From: Nemertoderma westbladi
Taxonomy: Eukaryota > Animalia > Xenacoelomorpha
DNA: 54,087 bases
NCBI GenBank assembly: GCA_032718475.1
Contig: JAUCBJ010006779.1
Coordinates: 1-54,087, forward strand
Direction of reading: 5' to 3'
The position numbers were made by a program, and so were the translations under genes. The notes under the pieces were generated by a model. It was not told where the DNA came from. It made no database searches and saw only the letters and a list, made by a program, of their open reading frames with translations. Shown here in pieces: positions 1-10,568 of the stretch. The stretch's first letter is position 1, and the number at the start of each line of letters is the position of its first letter.

Positions 1-324
1 TACAGAAATTTATTAAACATTTAGAAGAGAATGATGAAAATAAAGAAGAGATATTTAGGCAAATATTAGTAAACAAAAATCAAATGCGGAAATTTATTAA
101 TCAAATGGAAGAAAATGAAGAAAATAGAGAAGAGATATTAAGACAGGTCCTGGTAAATAAAAGTAAATTATTGAAAATTAATGACCAATTGCATAAAATT
201 AAGAAACAGTTTGTTAATGAGGAAGATGAAAGTAAAGAAAATTAACCAGCTTTTACTTACTTTCGAAGACCTATGATAAAAACACTCTCGTACAGTATAT
301 GCCCGCGCAGGAGGACACTATTGA
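1..324 (+). pseudogene. 3' part of left-arm copy of the Glu/Lys/Asn-rich coiled-coil repeat gene, with premature stop
   Basis: Frame from position 3 reads QKFIKHLEENDENKEEIFRQILVNK..., matching ORF 1431-1790(-). TAA at 243-245 replaces the CAA (Gln) of the right-arm copy. Confidence 0.75.
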
Positions 325-734
325 CATTTGTTTGTTTCAGTTCCTTTCATAATAGTATTAGGACTATTTATCCATAACAATTATATTAGTATTAGGAGTA
401 TGTATCCATAATTATTATATTAGTATTATCAATGTATTTACCCACAATATTTATTACTATTAGGTCTATTTATTCAAGAAATTATGTTTTTTATAATATA
501 TTTTGGAAAATTAGTCGACTAAGTCATAATTTTTAAAACTTTAAATAAGGGTTAAGTTATTTTGTAAAGTTAAGAAGAGTGAACCAACAGAGGCAACCTG
601 AAGTCTAAACTATTGGCCTTTACTCATAAGACAGCGCATTAACTCCCAAGGTTGCATACTATCACTAGCTGGGATAGTCAAAGCTAGTGTATACTAGAGT
701 CAGCCAAGAGCTGGGAAAAAGAATAATGCTCTTC

Positions 735-815
735 TAGGGTTCGAACTCACGACGTTCTAATTAGAAAAGTAAGCAAATGATCAGCTTGAAGTCCTTAGAC
801 CCTTAATCTGTGCCT
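735..815 (-). other. Degenerate tRNA/SINE-like Pol III box segment at the inner end of the left arm
   Basis: Minus strand reads ...GGTCTAAGG...GTCGTGAGTTCGAACCC, resembling an A-box end and a B-box (GTTCGAANNC). The right arm keeps only ATGAGTTCAAACCC. Confidence 0.35.
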
Positions 816-991
816 CAGTGAGGCATAGTCTGTGCCTCAGTGAGGCATAGTCTGTGCCTCAGTACCTCAGTGAGGCATAGTCTGTGCCTCAGTACCTCAG
901 TGAGGCATAGTCTGTGCCTCAGTACCTCAGTGAGGCATAGTCTGTGCCTCAGTGAGGCATAGTATGTGCCTCTGTGCCTCAGTGAGGCATA
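807..991. repeat. Tandem 22/31-bp self-complementary repeat at the palindrome centre
   Basis: About 7 copies of TCTGTGCCTCAGTGAGGCATAG, some with an extra TACCTCAG-type insert. The core TGCCTCA-G-TGAGGCA is a perfect inverted repeat. Confidence 0.9.
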
Positions 992-1430
992 TTCTATGCA
1001 TTCTATGAGTTCAAACCCTAGAAGAGCATTATTCTTTTTCCTAGCTCTTGGCTGACTCTAGTGTACACTAGCTTTGACTCTCCCAGCTATAGTGATAGTA
1101 TGCAACCTTGGGAGTTAATGCACTGTCTTATGAGTAAAGGCCAATAGATTAGACTTCAGGTTGCCTCTGTTGGTTCACTCTTCTTAACTTTACAAAATAA
1201 CTCAACCCTTATTTAAAGTTTTAGAAATTATGACTTAGTCAACTAATTTTCCAAAATATATTATAAAAAACATAATTTCTTGAATAAATAGACCTAATAG
1301 TCATATATATTGTGGGTAAATACATTTATAATACTAATATAATAATTATGGATAAATACTCCTAATACTAATATAATTGTTATGGATAAAGTCCTAATAC
1401 TATTATGAAAGGAACTCAAATAAACAAATG

Positions 1431-2759
1431 TCAATAGTGCCCTCCTGCGCGGGCATATACTGTATGAGAGTTGTTTATCATGGGTCTTCGAAAATAAGTA
1501 AAAGCTGGTTGATTTTCTTTACTTTCATCTTCCTCATTAACCAACTGTTTCTTAATTTTATTCAATTGTTGATTAATTTTCAATAATTTACTTTTATTTC
1601 CAAGGACCTGTCTTAATATCTCTTCTCTATTTTCTTCATTTTCTTCCATTTGATTAATAAATTTCCGCATTTGATTTTTGTTTACTAATATTTGCCTCAA
1701 TATCTCTTCTTTATTTTCATCACTCTCTTCTAAATGTTTAATAAATTTCTGTAATTTAATTTTACTTCCTAGAACTTGGGTAAATGTCACCTCTTTATTT
1801 CTTCATTTTCCTTCAAATGTTTAATAATTTTCCGCAATTTATTCTTATTTCCAAGTAATTGTCTCAATATTTCCTTATTATTATCATTTTCATCCTCTTC
1901 TTAACTTTCCTGATCTTCACTTTCTTCATCTTCTTCTTCATCACTTTCCTTATTTTCTTCGTCCTCTTCCTGACCTTCACTTTCTTCATCCTCTTTCTGA
2001 ACTTCACTTTCTTCATCCTCTTTCCCACCTTCACTTTCTTCATCCTCTTCCTGTTCTTCACTTTCTACATTCTCTTCCTGACCTTCGCTTTCTTCACCGT
2101 CTTCCTGACCTTCACTTTCTTCGTCCTCTTCCTGACCTTTGCTTTCTTCACCCTTTCTTCCCTTCATCCTCTTCCCCCCCCCACCTTCACTTTCGTCATC
2201 CTCTTCCTGTTCTTCTCTTTCTTCATCCGTTTCCTGTTCTTCACTTTCTTCATTCTCGTCCTGACCTTCGCTTACTTCACCCTCTTCCTGACCTTCACTT
2301 TCTTCATCCTCTTCCTGACCTTTGCTTTCTTCACCCTCTTCCTGACCTTCACTTTCTTCGTCCTCTTCCTGACCTTCACTTACTTCGTTCTTAACTCAAC
2401 CTCACTCTCTTCAACTTCATCCTGACCCTCATTATTCTCATTCTCCATCTCATTGTCCTCTTCTTCTTCATCTTTCTCACTCAAATTTTCTTCATTTTCT
2501 AAAGGTAACTCTGTTTTTGTATCCCTTTCAAAATATTCATAACTTTATGAAATTTATTTTCCATTGTCTGTTTTATCTTAAATATATCACACTTGTCTCT
2601 CTTTTTCTTTTCATCTTCACTGAAAATATCTTCAGATTTTTTAAACTTCTTTGGTAACGGATCCATTAGTTTATCCTTTCTATGTCTTTCCATATGACGA
2701 GATAGATTGTCTTGTCTCATTTCTTTATTACAAACCAAACATCTTTCATCTCTATGCAT
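1431..2759 (-). pseudogene. Decayed gene: N-terminal C2H2-like zinc finger, long acidic repeat tract, ~26-aa coiled-coil-like repeats
   Basis: ORF 2499-2759 has CLVCNKEMRQDNLSRHMERH. A shifted frame near 2520 continues DTKTELPLENEENLSEKDEEE, with further shifts in the Glu-rich tract. After TAA at 1901-1903 the frame runs straight into ORF 1431-1790 (EILRQLLGNKNKLRKIIKHLKE-type repeats). Confidence 0.7.
1905..2385 (-). repeat. 27-bp tandem repeat encoding SEGQEEDEE-like acidic units
   Basis: Recurrent TTCTTCATCCTCTTCCTGACCTTCACT on the plus strand. Confidence 0.85.
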
Positions 2760-3747
2760 TATATAGCAATGTCAATTGATATTATGAATTTTCGCTGAAT
2801 GATTTTACAAAATTTTAAATAAATAAAACTTTTATGAAAATAAATAAAACTTTTAAAAATAAAAATTAGAGAATGAATGGGAATGCGGTGAATGGGGGCT
2901 ATTATAGAGGGAGACTAGAATGGAGTTGTGAAAGAAGAATAATCTATTGCAAACCAGATGTTTATTGTAATTTTCTCAGGTGATTTGACAATGGTCGTAT
3001 GGTGTGTAATTAATGGTTGCAGTTGGCCTATGTGCGATTCGGGGTAAATGCTGGCGCGTAAGACGTAAACCTTTGGTTTCCAATCTTACATAATAGCAAA
3101 GCTGGAGGTTTAAATAATTTTCAATTCGTGCAAGCCCCATGTTGACATACAGTATAACCCAACATTGGATTCTATGGGATTAGTCATCCTACGTCTAATA
3201 AGAGCCAAGACCAACATGTAAGGGTAAATTATGTTTTGGGCCGTTTTGAGCCACAGCTCGATGCAACCCCCACCTACGCATTGACATACAGTATAGGATT
3301 CAAAGGGATTAATCTCGCTACGTTTAATAAGGGCCCAACAGTCTCAGATTATTGGGGGAATGAGCTAGGGCCAAACTGGCCCACGTATTTTCCTGTGAGG
3401 GTAAATTATGTTTTGGGCCCCGCCGCGTCTTTTTATTACATTCTATCATTCTACTGTATGACAAAAATAATACAAATGTACTGTATATTGTATTATTGTT
3501 CCTATTGTATTGTATATTTTATCTACTGTACCTACTGTAGTACTATCTATTCATTGCGCATCCCCTATCTGATTGATTTGTGTCAATTTAAATTGCTTTT
3601 GGCAACATTATTTGATACAAATCGATCGATTAAGCAATTAATTATTTGTTTAATCGACCAATTAATTAATTAATTAATGACCTACTTAACACCTAAGTTG
3701 CGAAGTGGGTCCAACTGTCGCAGAAGTAGGGTAAACCATTACTACTG

Positions 3748-3882
3748 TCATGGGCTGTCCACCATGTTTATTCATCCCATGAGGCCGCCAAAGCACAAGA
3801 TTATGCACTGGCTGGTCCTCACGGCGAAAGTAAAGTCCTGTAAAGCGGAGGCGGCTTTGTTCTGGTTCCAAGCTTGGGGGAA
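3748..3882 (-). mobile_element. Short diverged RTE-clade LINE fragment (3' part of ORF)
   Basis: GTCATGGGCTGTCCACCATG...CAAGCTTGGGGGAA aligns by eye to 29618-29743 and 49087-49222; peptide RREDQPVHNLVLW. Confidence 0.85.
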
Positions 3883-4143
3883 CCAAGATGAAAAAAATGG
3901 CATCAATGAACCCAGCGAGAACCTCTATCCTGAAGCTTTTTCTTAAAATTTTCATTTTTAGTGAATTTCGCAGGGGAAATTTTACTAGGAAAATATCCAG
4001 AATGGATATGGTTAAATATCTAGTTACGTCCTACGTCCCTTTAGATACACTGACTGGCGACAGTTGGGCGATAGAGTAGTGCGGGTGACTACACTTACAC
4101 CAATCTATTCATATTATTAATAATAATTAAGACCAAATGGAGA

Positions 4144-6680
4144 TTACATATTAAACCATCCCAAACCTAAAATACAAAATGGTGGTAACTCCTTACCATT
4201 GGCATTACTTGAAATGCAGCAGGTTAGTGGCAACGATATCCCATATGGAATGTAATTAATCCAAGTTGTGGAATCCGAATCCTTAGTCAGTTGATTCACA
4301 CCTTCGATTACTAAACAAATAGCGTTTGGTAGAGACACTCCGTATGGTTGATAACTTAACCAGACAGTTCGATTCTGGGAAGTTTCCAATAATATTTTAG
4401 AACATAATGAATTAGGTAGATCCACTCCGTATGGTTGATAACTTAACCAGACAGTTCGATTCTGGTAATCTTCCAATACTATTTTAGAACATAATGAATT
4501 AGGTAGATCCACTCCGTATGGTTGATAACTTAACCAGACAGTTCGATTCTGGTAATCTTCCAATAATATTTTAGAACATAATGAATTAGGTAGAGACACT
4601 CCGTATGGTTGATAACTTAACCAGACAGTTCGATTCTGGTAATCTTCCAATACTATTTTAGAACATAATGAATTAGGTAGAGACACTCCGTATGGTTGAT
4701 AACTTAACCAGACAGTTCGATTCTGGTAATCTTCCAATACTATTTTAGAACATAATGAATTAGGTAGAGACACTCCGTATGGTTGATAACTTAACCAGAC
4801 AGTTCGATTCTGGTAATCTTCCAATAATATTTTAGAACATAATGAATTAGGTAGAGACACTCCGTATGGTTGATAACTTAACCAGACAGTTCGATTCTGG
4901 TAATCTTCCAATAATATTTTAGAACATAATGAATTAGGTAGAGACACTCCGTATGGTTGATAACTTAACCAGACAGTTCGATTCTGGTAATCTTCCAATA
5001 ATATTTTAGAACATAATGAATTAGGTAGAGACACTCCGTATGGTTGATAACTTAACCAGACAGTTCGATTCTGGTAATCTTCCAATACTATTTTAGAACA
5101 TAATGAATTAGGTAGAGACACTCCGTATGGTTGATAACTTAACCAGACAGTTCGATTCTGGTAATCTTCCAATACTATTTTAGAACATAATGAATTAGGT
5201 AGAGACACTCCGTATGGTTGATAACTTAACCAGACAGTTCGATTCTGGTAATCTTCCAATAATATTTTAGAACATAATGAATTAGGTAGAGACACTCCGT
5301 ATGGTTGATAACTTAACCAGACAGTTCGATTCTGGTAATCTTCCAATACTATTTTAGAACATAATGAATTAGGTAGAGACACTCCGTATGGTTGATAACT
5401 TAACCAGACAGTTCGATTCTGGTAATCTTCCAATACTATTTTAGAACATAATGAATTAGGTAGAGACACTCCGTATGGTTGATAACTTAACCAGACAGTT
5501 CGATTCTGGTAATCTTCCAATACTATTTTAGAACATAATGAATTAGGTAGAGACACTCCGTATGGTTGATAACTTAACCAGACAGTTCGATTCTGGTAAT
5601 CTTCCAATACAATTTTAGAACATAATGAATTAGGTAGAGACACTCCGTATGGTTGATAACTTAACCAGACAGTTCGATTCTGGTAATCTTCCAATACTAT
5701 TTTAGAACATAATGAATTAGGTAGAGACACTCCGTATGGTTGATAACTTAACCAGACAGTTCGATTCTGGTAATCTTCCAATACTATTTTAGAACATAAT
5801 GAATTAGGTAGAGACACTCCGTATGGTTGATAACTTAACCAGAAAGTTCGATTCTGGTAATCTTCCAATACTATTTTAGAACATAATGAATTAGGTAGAG
5901 ACACTCCGTATGGTTGATAACTTAACCAGACAGTTCGATTCTGGTAATCTTCCAATACTATTTTAGAACAAAATGAATTAGGTAGAGACACTCCGTATGG
6001 TTGATAACTTAACCAGACAGTTCGATTCTGGGAAGTTTCCAATAATATTTTAGAACAAAATGAATTAGGTAGAGACACTCCGTATGGTTGATAACTTAAC
6101 CAGACAGTTCGATTCTGGTAATCTTCCAACAATATTTTAGAACAAAATGAATTAGGTAGAGAAACTCCGTATGGTTGATAACTTAACCAGACAGTTCGAT
6201 TCTGGGAAGTTTCCAATAATATTTTAGAACATAATGAATTAGGTAGAGACACTCCGTATGGTTGATAACTTAACCAGACAGTTTGCCTCGGATAGGGTTC
6301 ATAATAAACCGCAGCAGTTGGAAAGTAAGCTTCCGGACAATATAGATTGGGTAATGGAACACCGTAAGGCCGATATGTAATCCATTCTGTCCGCCAGTTG
6401 TAAAACGATAATGTAGATAATAGATCAATGATAGTAGGAACCCTGTCGAGGTATTCTATTGGTTTCCCGGTAATATAAGGAAGACTTCGTCCATCTGGGT
6501 CTACTGTAATCGGTTTACTTTCAATAACATGGGGGTCAGTGTCTTTCGATTTATCATCTGTGATAACAACATCACATATCGAATCGGTTTGTATTCTATG
6601 GACTGTCGGTTGATGACACGTTTCTAAATATGCGTGGAAACCATACGGGGGGCATCTAACCCATGTCGGCAGATGCGAAA
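4144..6680 (-). CDS. Large repeat-containing exon (putative exon 5 of the MIA/TANGO1-like gene); ~23 x 29-aa WLSYQPYGVSLPNSLC repeats
   Basis: Open 850-codon frame. Acceptor TATTTTCCAG ends at 6681 in phase 1, matching the phase-1 donor at 7217. Diverged flanking copies of the motif differ mostly at synonymous positions. A possible phase-1 donor G|GTAAGG lies at 4197/4196. Confidence 0.65.
4325..6285 (-). repeat. 87-bp coding tandem repeat, ~23 near-identical copies
   Basis: Unit spacing is 87 bp (29 codons), with no stops or indels in the minus-strand frame. Confidence 0.97.
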
Positions 6681-7217
6681 CTGGAAAATAATGCATAGGT
6701 TCAATTCATTCATTAAATCGAAATCTCCGAGAGAGAGAGATAGAGAGAGTGGGGGGGGGGGGGGGGGGGTCCAATCGATAGATGTAGAATATGGCGCCAG
6801 ATGCGGTAATATATCGGCGTTGTTGTAATCAGACGCAAATAAAAGTGATCGCATTAAATAACAAACACCGTGGAAGAAACATACTACAGCGGCGTTTAAC
6901 AAATTATCATTATTCATGCAAAATTAGTTCAGCGCGGGTCCCAGCACCAAATATTAAAATAGTTCGCAGTATAAGAGCTTCAGCCGTCATCACTGTGGGT
7001 GTAAAGTTGAACATGCAGGGTATAGCTGGGTCGCAGCATAGGAATAGGGTTTATATAATATGTAGGAAATAAGAAAGGTAAACCCATGTACAGGAGGAGG
7101 AGATATAAATAAAATAATTCAGGGTAAATATCGCATAGAAATAAACACCGTTGTAACCATTCAGAAATCCATAACAATAAATAAAATCCGTTAAGAAAGA
7201 ACTGGGATAAGAATAAC

Positions 7218-9750
7218 CTGCACCAATTAATTTCCATTTAGACGCAATATAATTTTTCAAACCTCCTTGATTGTGTGTGGTAACTGCTTGGTCGGTGGTG
7301 GTGGCAGGGTTGTCTGTGGTGGCGGGACTGTCTGTAATTCGGGGGCCGGTGGCTGGGACAGTATCAGTGGCTTTACTGTCTGTAGTTTTGGGGTCGATCA
7401 CTGGGATAGTATCAGTGGCTGTACTGTCTGTGGTGGCGGGACTGTCTGTAATTCGGGGGCCGGTGGCTGGGACAGTATCAGTGGCTGTACTGTCTGTGGT
7501 GGCGGGACTGTCTGTAATTCGGGGGCCGGTGGCTGGGACAGTATCAGTGGCTGTACTGTCGGTGGTGGCGGGAATGTCTGTAGTTTTGGGGTCGGTGGCT
7601 GGGACAGTATCAGTGGCTGTACTGTCTGTGGTGGCGGGAATGTCTGTAGTTTTGGGGTCGGTGGCTGGGACAGTATCAGTGGCTGTAATGTCTGTGGTGG
7701 TTTTGGGGTCCATGGCTGGGACAGGGTCGGTAGCTGTACTGTCTGTGGTGGCGGGAATGTCTGTAGTTTTGGGGTCGGTGGGTGGGACATTATCAGTGGC
7801 TGTAATGTCTGTGGTGGTTTTGGGGTCGGTGGCTGGGACAGGGTCGGTAGGTGTACTGCATGTGGGGGCGGGACTGTCTGTAGTTTTGGGGTTAGTGGCT
7901 GGGACAGTGCCAGTGGCGGTACTGTCTGTGGTGGCTGTACTGTCTGTGGTGGCGGGACTGTCTGTAGTTTTGGGGTCGGTGGCTGGGACAGGGTCGGTAG
8001 CTGTACTGTCTGTGGTGGCGGGAATGTGTGTAGTTTTGGGGTCGGTGGCTGGGACAGTATCAGTGGCTGTAATGTCTGTGGTGGTTTTGGGGTCCATGGT
8101 TGGGACAGGGTCGGTAGCTGTACTGTCTGTGGTGGCGGGACTGTCTGTAGTTTTGGGGTGAGTGGCTGGGACAGGGTCGGTGGCTGGGACAGGGTCGGTA
8201 GGCTGTACTGTCTGTGGTGGCGGGACTGTCTGTAGTTTTGGGGTCGGTGGCTGGGACAGGGTCGGTGGCTGTACTATCTGTGGTGGCGGGACTGTCTGTG
8301 GTTTTGGGGTCGGTGGCTGGGACAGGGTCGGTAGGTGTACTGTCTGTGGGGGCGGGACTGTCTGTAGTTTTGGGGTTAGTGGCTGGGACAGGGTCGGTGG
8401 CTGTACTATCTGTGGTGGCGGGACTGTCTGTAGTTTTGGGGTCGGTGGCTGTACTATCTGTGGTGGCGGGACTGTCTGTAGTTTTGGTGTCGGTGTCTGG
8501 GTCAGTGTTTGTGTCTTTGACAGGGTCGGTGGCTGTACTATCTGTGGTGGCGGGACTGTCTGTGGTTTTGGGGTCGGTGGCTGGGTCAGTGTTTGTGTCT
8601 TTGACAGGGTCGGTGGCTGTACTATCTGTGGTGGCGGGACTGTCTGTCGTTTTGTGGTCGGTGCCTGGGTCAGTGTCGGTGTCTGGGTCAGTGTCGGTGG
8701 CTGGGACAGGGTCGTTATCTGTACTGTCTGTGGGGGCGGGACTGTCTGTAGTTTTGGGGTCGGTGCCTGGGTCAGTGTTTGTGTCTGGGGCAGGGTCGGT
8801 GGCTGCACTATCTGTGGTGGCGGGACGGTCTGTAGTTTTGGGGTAGGTGTCTGGGACAGGGTCGGTAGCTCCACTATCTGTGGTGGCGGGACTGTCTGTA
8901 GTTTTGTGGTCGGTGCCTGGGTCAGTGTCGGTGTCTGGGACAGGGTCGTTAGCTGTACTGTCTGTGGGGGCGGGAATGTCTGTGGTTTTGGGGTCGTTGG
9001 CTGGGACAGGGTCGGTGCCTGGGTCAGTGTCGGTGGCTGGGACAGGGTCGGTGGCTGCACTATCTGTGGTGGCGGGACGGACTGTAGTTTTGGGGTAGGT
9101 GTCTGGGACAGGGTCGGTGGCTGTACTATCTGTGGTGGCGGGACTGTCTGTAGTTTTGTGGTCGGTGCCTGGGTCAGTGTCGGTGTCTGGGTCAGTGTCG
9201 GTGGCTGGGACAGGGTCGTTAGCTGTACTGTCTGTGGGGGCGGGAATGTCTGTGGTTTTGGGGTCGTTGGCTGGGACAGGGTCGGTGCCTGGGTCAGTGT
9301 CGGTGGCTGGGACATGGTCGTTAGCTGTACTGTCTGTGGGGGCGGGACTGTCTGTAGTTTTGTGGTCGGTGCCTGGGTCAGTGTCTGGGTCAGTGTCGGT
9401 GGCTGGGACAGGGTCGTTAGCTGTACTGTCTGTGGGGGCGGGAATGTCTGTGGTTTTGGGGTCGTTGGCTGGGACAGGGTCGGTGCCTGGGTCAGTGTCT
9501 GTGGCTGGGACAGGGTCGGTAGCTGTACTGTCTGTGGTGGCGGGACTGTCTATTGTTCCGGGGTCGGTGGCAAGCTCGGTGTGGTCGGTGGCAGGCTCGG
9601 GGTGGTCGGTGGCGTTGCCTATGGTAACAGGGTCAGGGATGTTTGCGGGATCGTTATCTGATATGGTCGACTCGATAACGGTACTTATAGTCTCTTCATC
9701 ATCGATCTCTTGCTCGTCTTCTTCTAGATATTCACTCTCAATCACTCCCT
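7218..9750 (-). CDS. Acidic plus Thr/Asp/Pro mucin-like exon (putative exon 4 of the MIA/TANGO1-like gene), one apparent frameshift near 8200
   Basis: The TDPVPATDPKTTDSPATTDSTA frame is carried by ORF 8060-9745 down to ~8200, then by ORF 7051-9315. There is one extra base in GGTCGGTAGGCTGTAC relative to the other units. In-frame phase-1 AG at 9752-9751 (weak pyrimidine tract); donor GCAG|GTTATT at 7218/7217. Confidence 0.6.
7290..9600 (-). repeat. Degenerate GT-rich coding minisatellite (modules in multiples of 3 bp)
   Basis: Recurrent GGTGGCTGGGACAGGGTCGG and CTGTACTGTCTGTGGTGGCGGGACTGTCTGTAGTTTTGGGG modules. Confidence 0.95.
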
Positions 9751-10349
9751 CTAAAGTTCTCCATAAGTCGCCTTCCCCTTCATATTAATATAAACGCGAA
9801 TTTAGTTGCCATTAAAGATCAGAATAACTAATATGTGCGAAGTAGGAATACATTACAGAGAAGAGAATTATAACTAACTTAAAATAAACAACTTATATTG
9901 TCCGGGTCGCAATTGTCCGGATATACTGTATATTTATATATTTGTACTTATTTTGATTACTGTAGCTACATTTTAACAAATACGTAGGGAGATGTTGACC
10001 CCACATTATTATTAATGTTATATTTTATATTAATTGTACTGTAATTACTGTAGCTATATTTAATTTACTGTACCCAGATTTTAACATAGGGAGCTAGCAA
10101 GTTAGGGCGCTAGTCCCAACTCCGGGTAAAATAAATATTTCATTTTATTTCACAATAGCGAATACCCCCCCCCCCCCCCCCCCCCCATAGCAGTGTGATA
10201 TTGCCCAATTCGAAATATAAGTTTGAATACAATAGTTTGACAGTAAACCCATTAACGAGCATCACTCATCAAATATTCCACAAACCAACCGACAAGCCAC
10301 ATAATGTCAGTAGAATCAATAGACCGATTCCATCAATATTGAAACTAAC

Positions 10350-10506
10350 CTATTCGATAATATGGCCCCTTAGCGGACGATTCAGGAAGTTCTTTCAGAA
10401 ACGGTTCAGTCGGTATAAATTCAGATGGGAAAGTCACGTAGTAATCGGTTTCCTTGACAACTCTCTTATCAAAATATCCGCGGTATATTCTGCCATCGCG
10501 AATTAC
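10350..10506 (-). CDS. MIA3: Exon 3 of MIA/TANGO1-like gene: C-terminal half of the MIA SH3-like domain
   Basis: TTAATCTTAG|VIRDGRIYRGYFDKRVVKETDYYVTFPSEFIPTEPFLKELPESSAKGPYYRI-G|GTTAGT. The GYFxKxxVxE motif is typical of MIA/OTOR/TANGO1; the phase-0 start fits exon 2. Confidence 0.8.
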
Positions 10507-10568
10507 CTAAGATTAACAAATTATGTTGAGTGAAATAAATGGGAATATAAGGAACATTGTTTTATGCT

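Larger units (their letters stand above)
1..1753. repeat. Large imperfect inverted repeat (arms 1-749 and 1006-1753; left arm runs off the window)
   Basis: Positions 1-13 TACAGAAATTTAT are the reverse complement of 1741-1753. Pairing continues inward to GAACTCA (743-749) / TGAGTTC (1006-1012) with scattered substitutions and small indels. Confidence 0.95.

Noticed and set aside
243-1903. TAA-to-Gln recoding (TAA aligned to CAA at 243; read-through TAA at 1901)
   Set aside because: The same gene also has frameshifts, and the long intact ORFs in the window end at TAA and lack internal ones. Pseudogene decay explains it.
1859-2425. 188-aa Phe/Leu-rich multi-pass membrane protein on the plus strand
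   Set aside because: It is the antisense reading of the Glu-rich 27-bp repeat.
3140-3680. Short direct repeats (TTGACATACAGTATA, GGGTAAATTATGTTTTGGGCC), AT-rich hairpin and ORF 3236-3673
   Set aside because: Probably old TE debris; no termini, TSD or protein motif could be supported. The TTGACA match is irrelevant in a eukaryote.
7051-7217. Hydrophobic C-terminus as the TANGO1 transmembrane anchor
   Set aside because: It lies past a phase-compatible donor at 7217 and looks like AT-rich intron read-through. An alternative terminal isoform cannot be excluded.
7267-9788. Plus-strand Cys/Gly-rich and Val/Ser-rich ORFs, and the minus-strand Pro/Gln-rich frame
   Set aside because: These are shadow frames of a triplet-periodic repeat. 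Only the Thr/Asp/Pro frame connects to non-repetitive sequence and splice phases on both sides.
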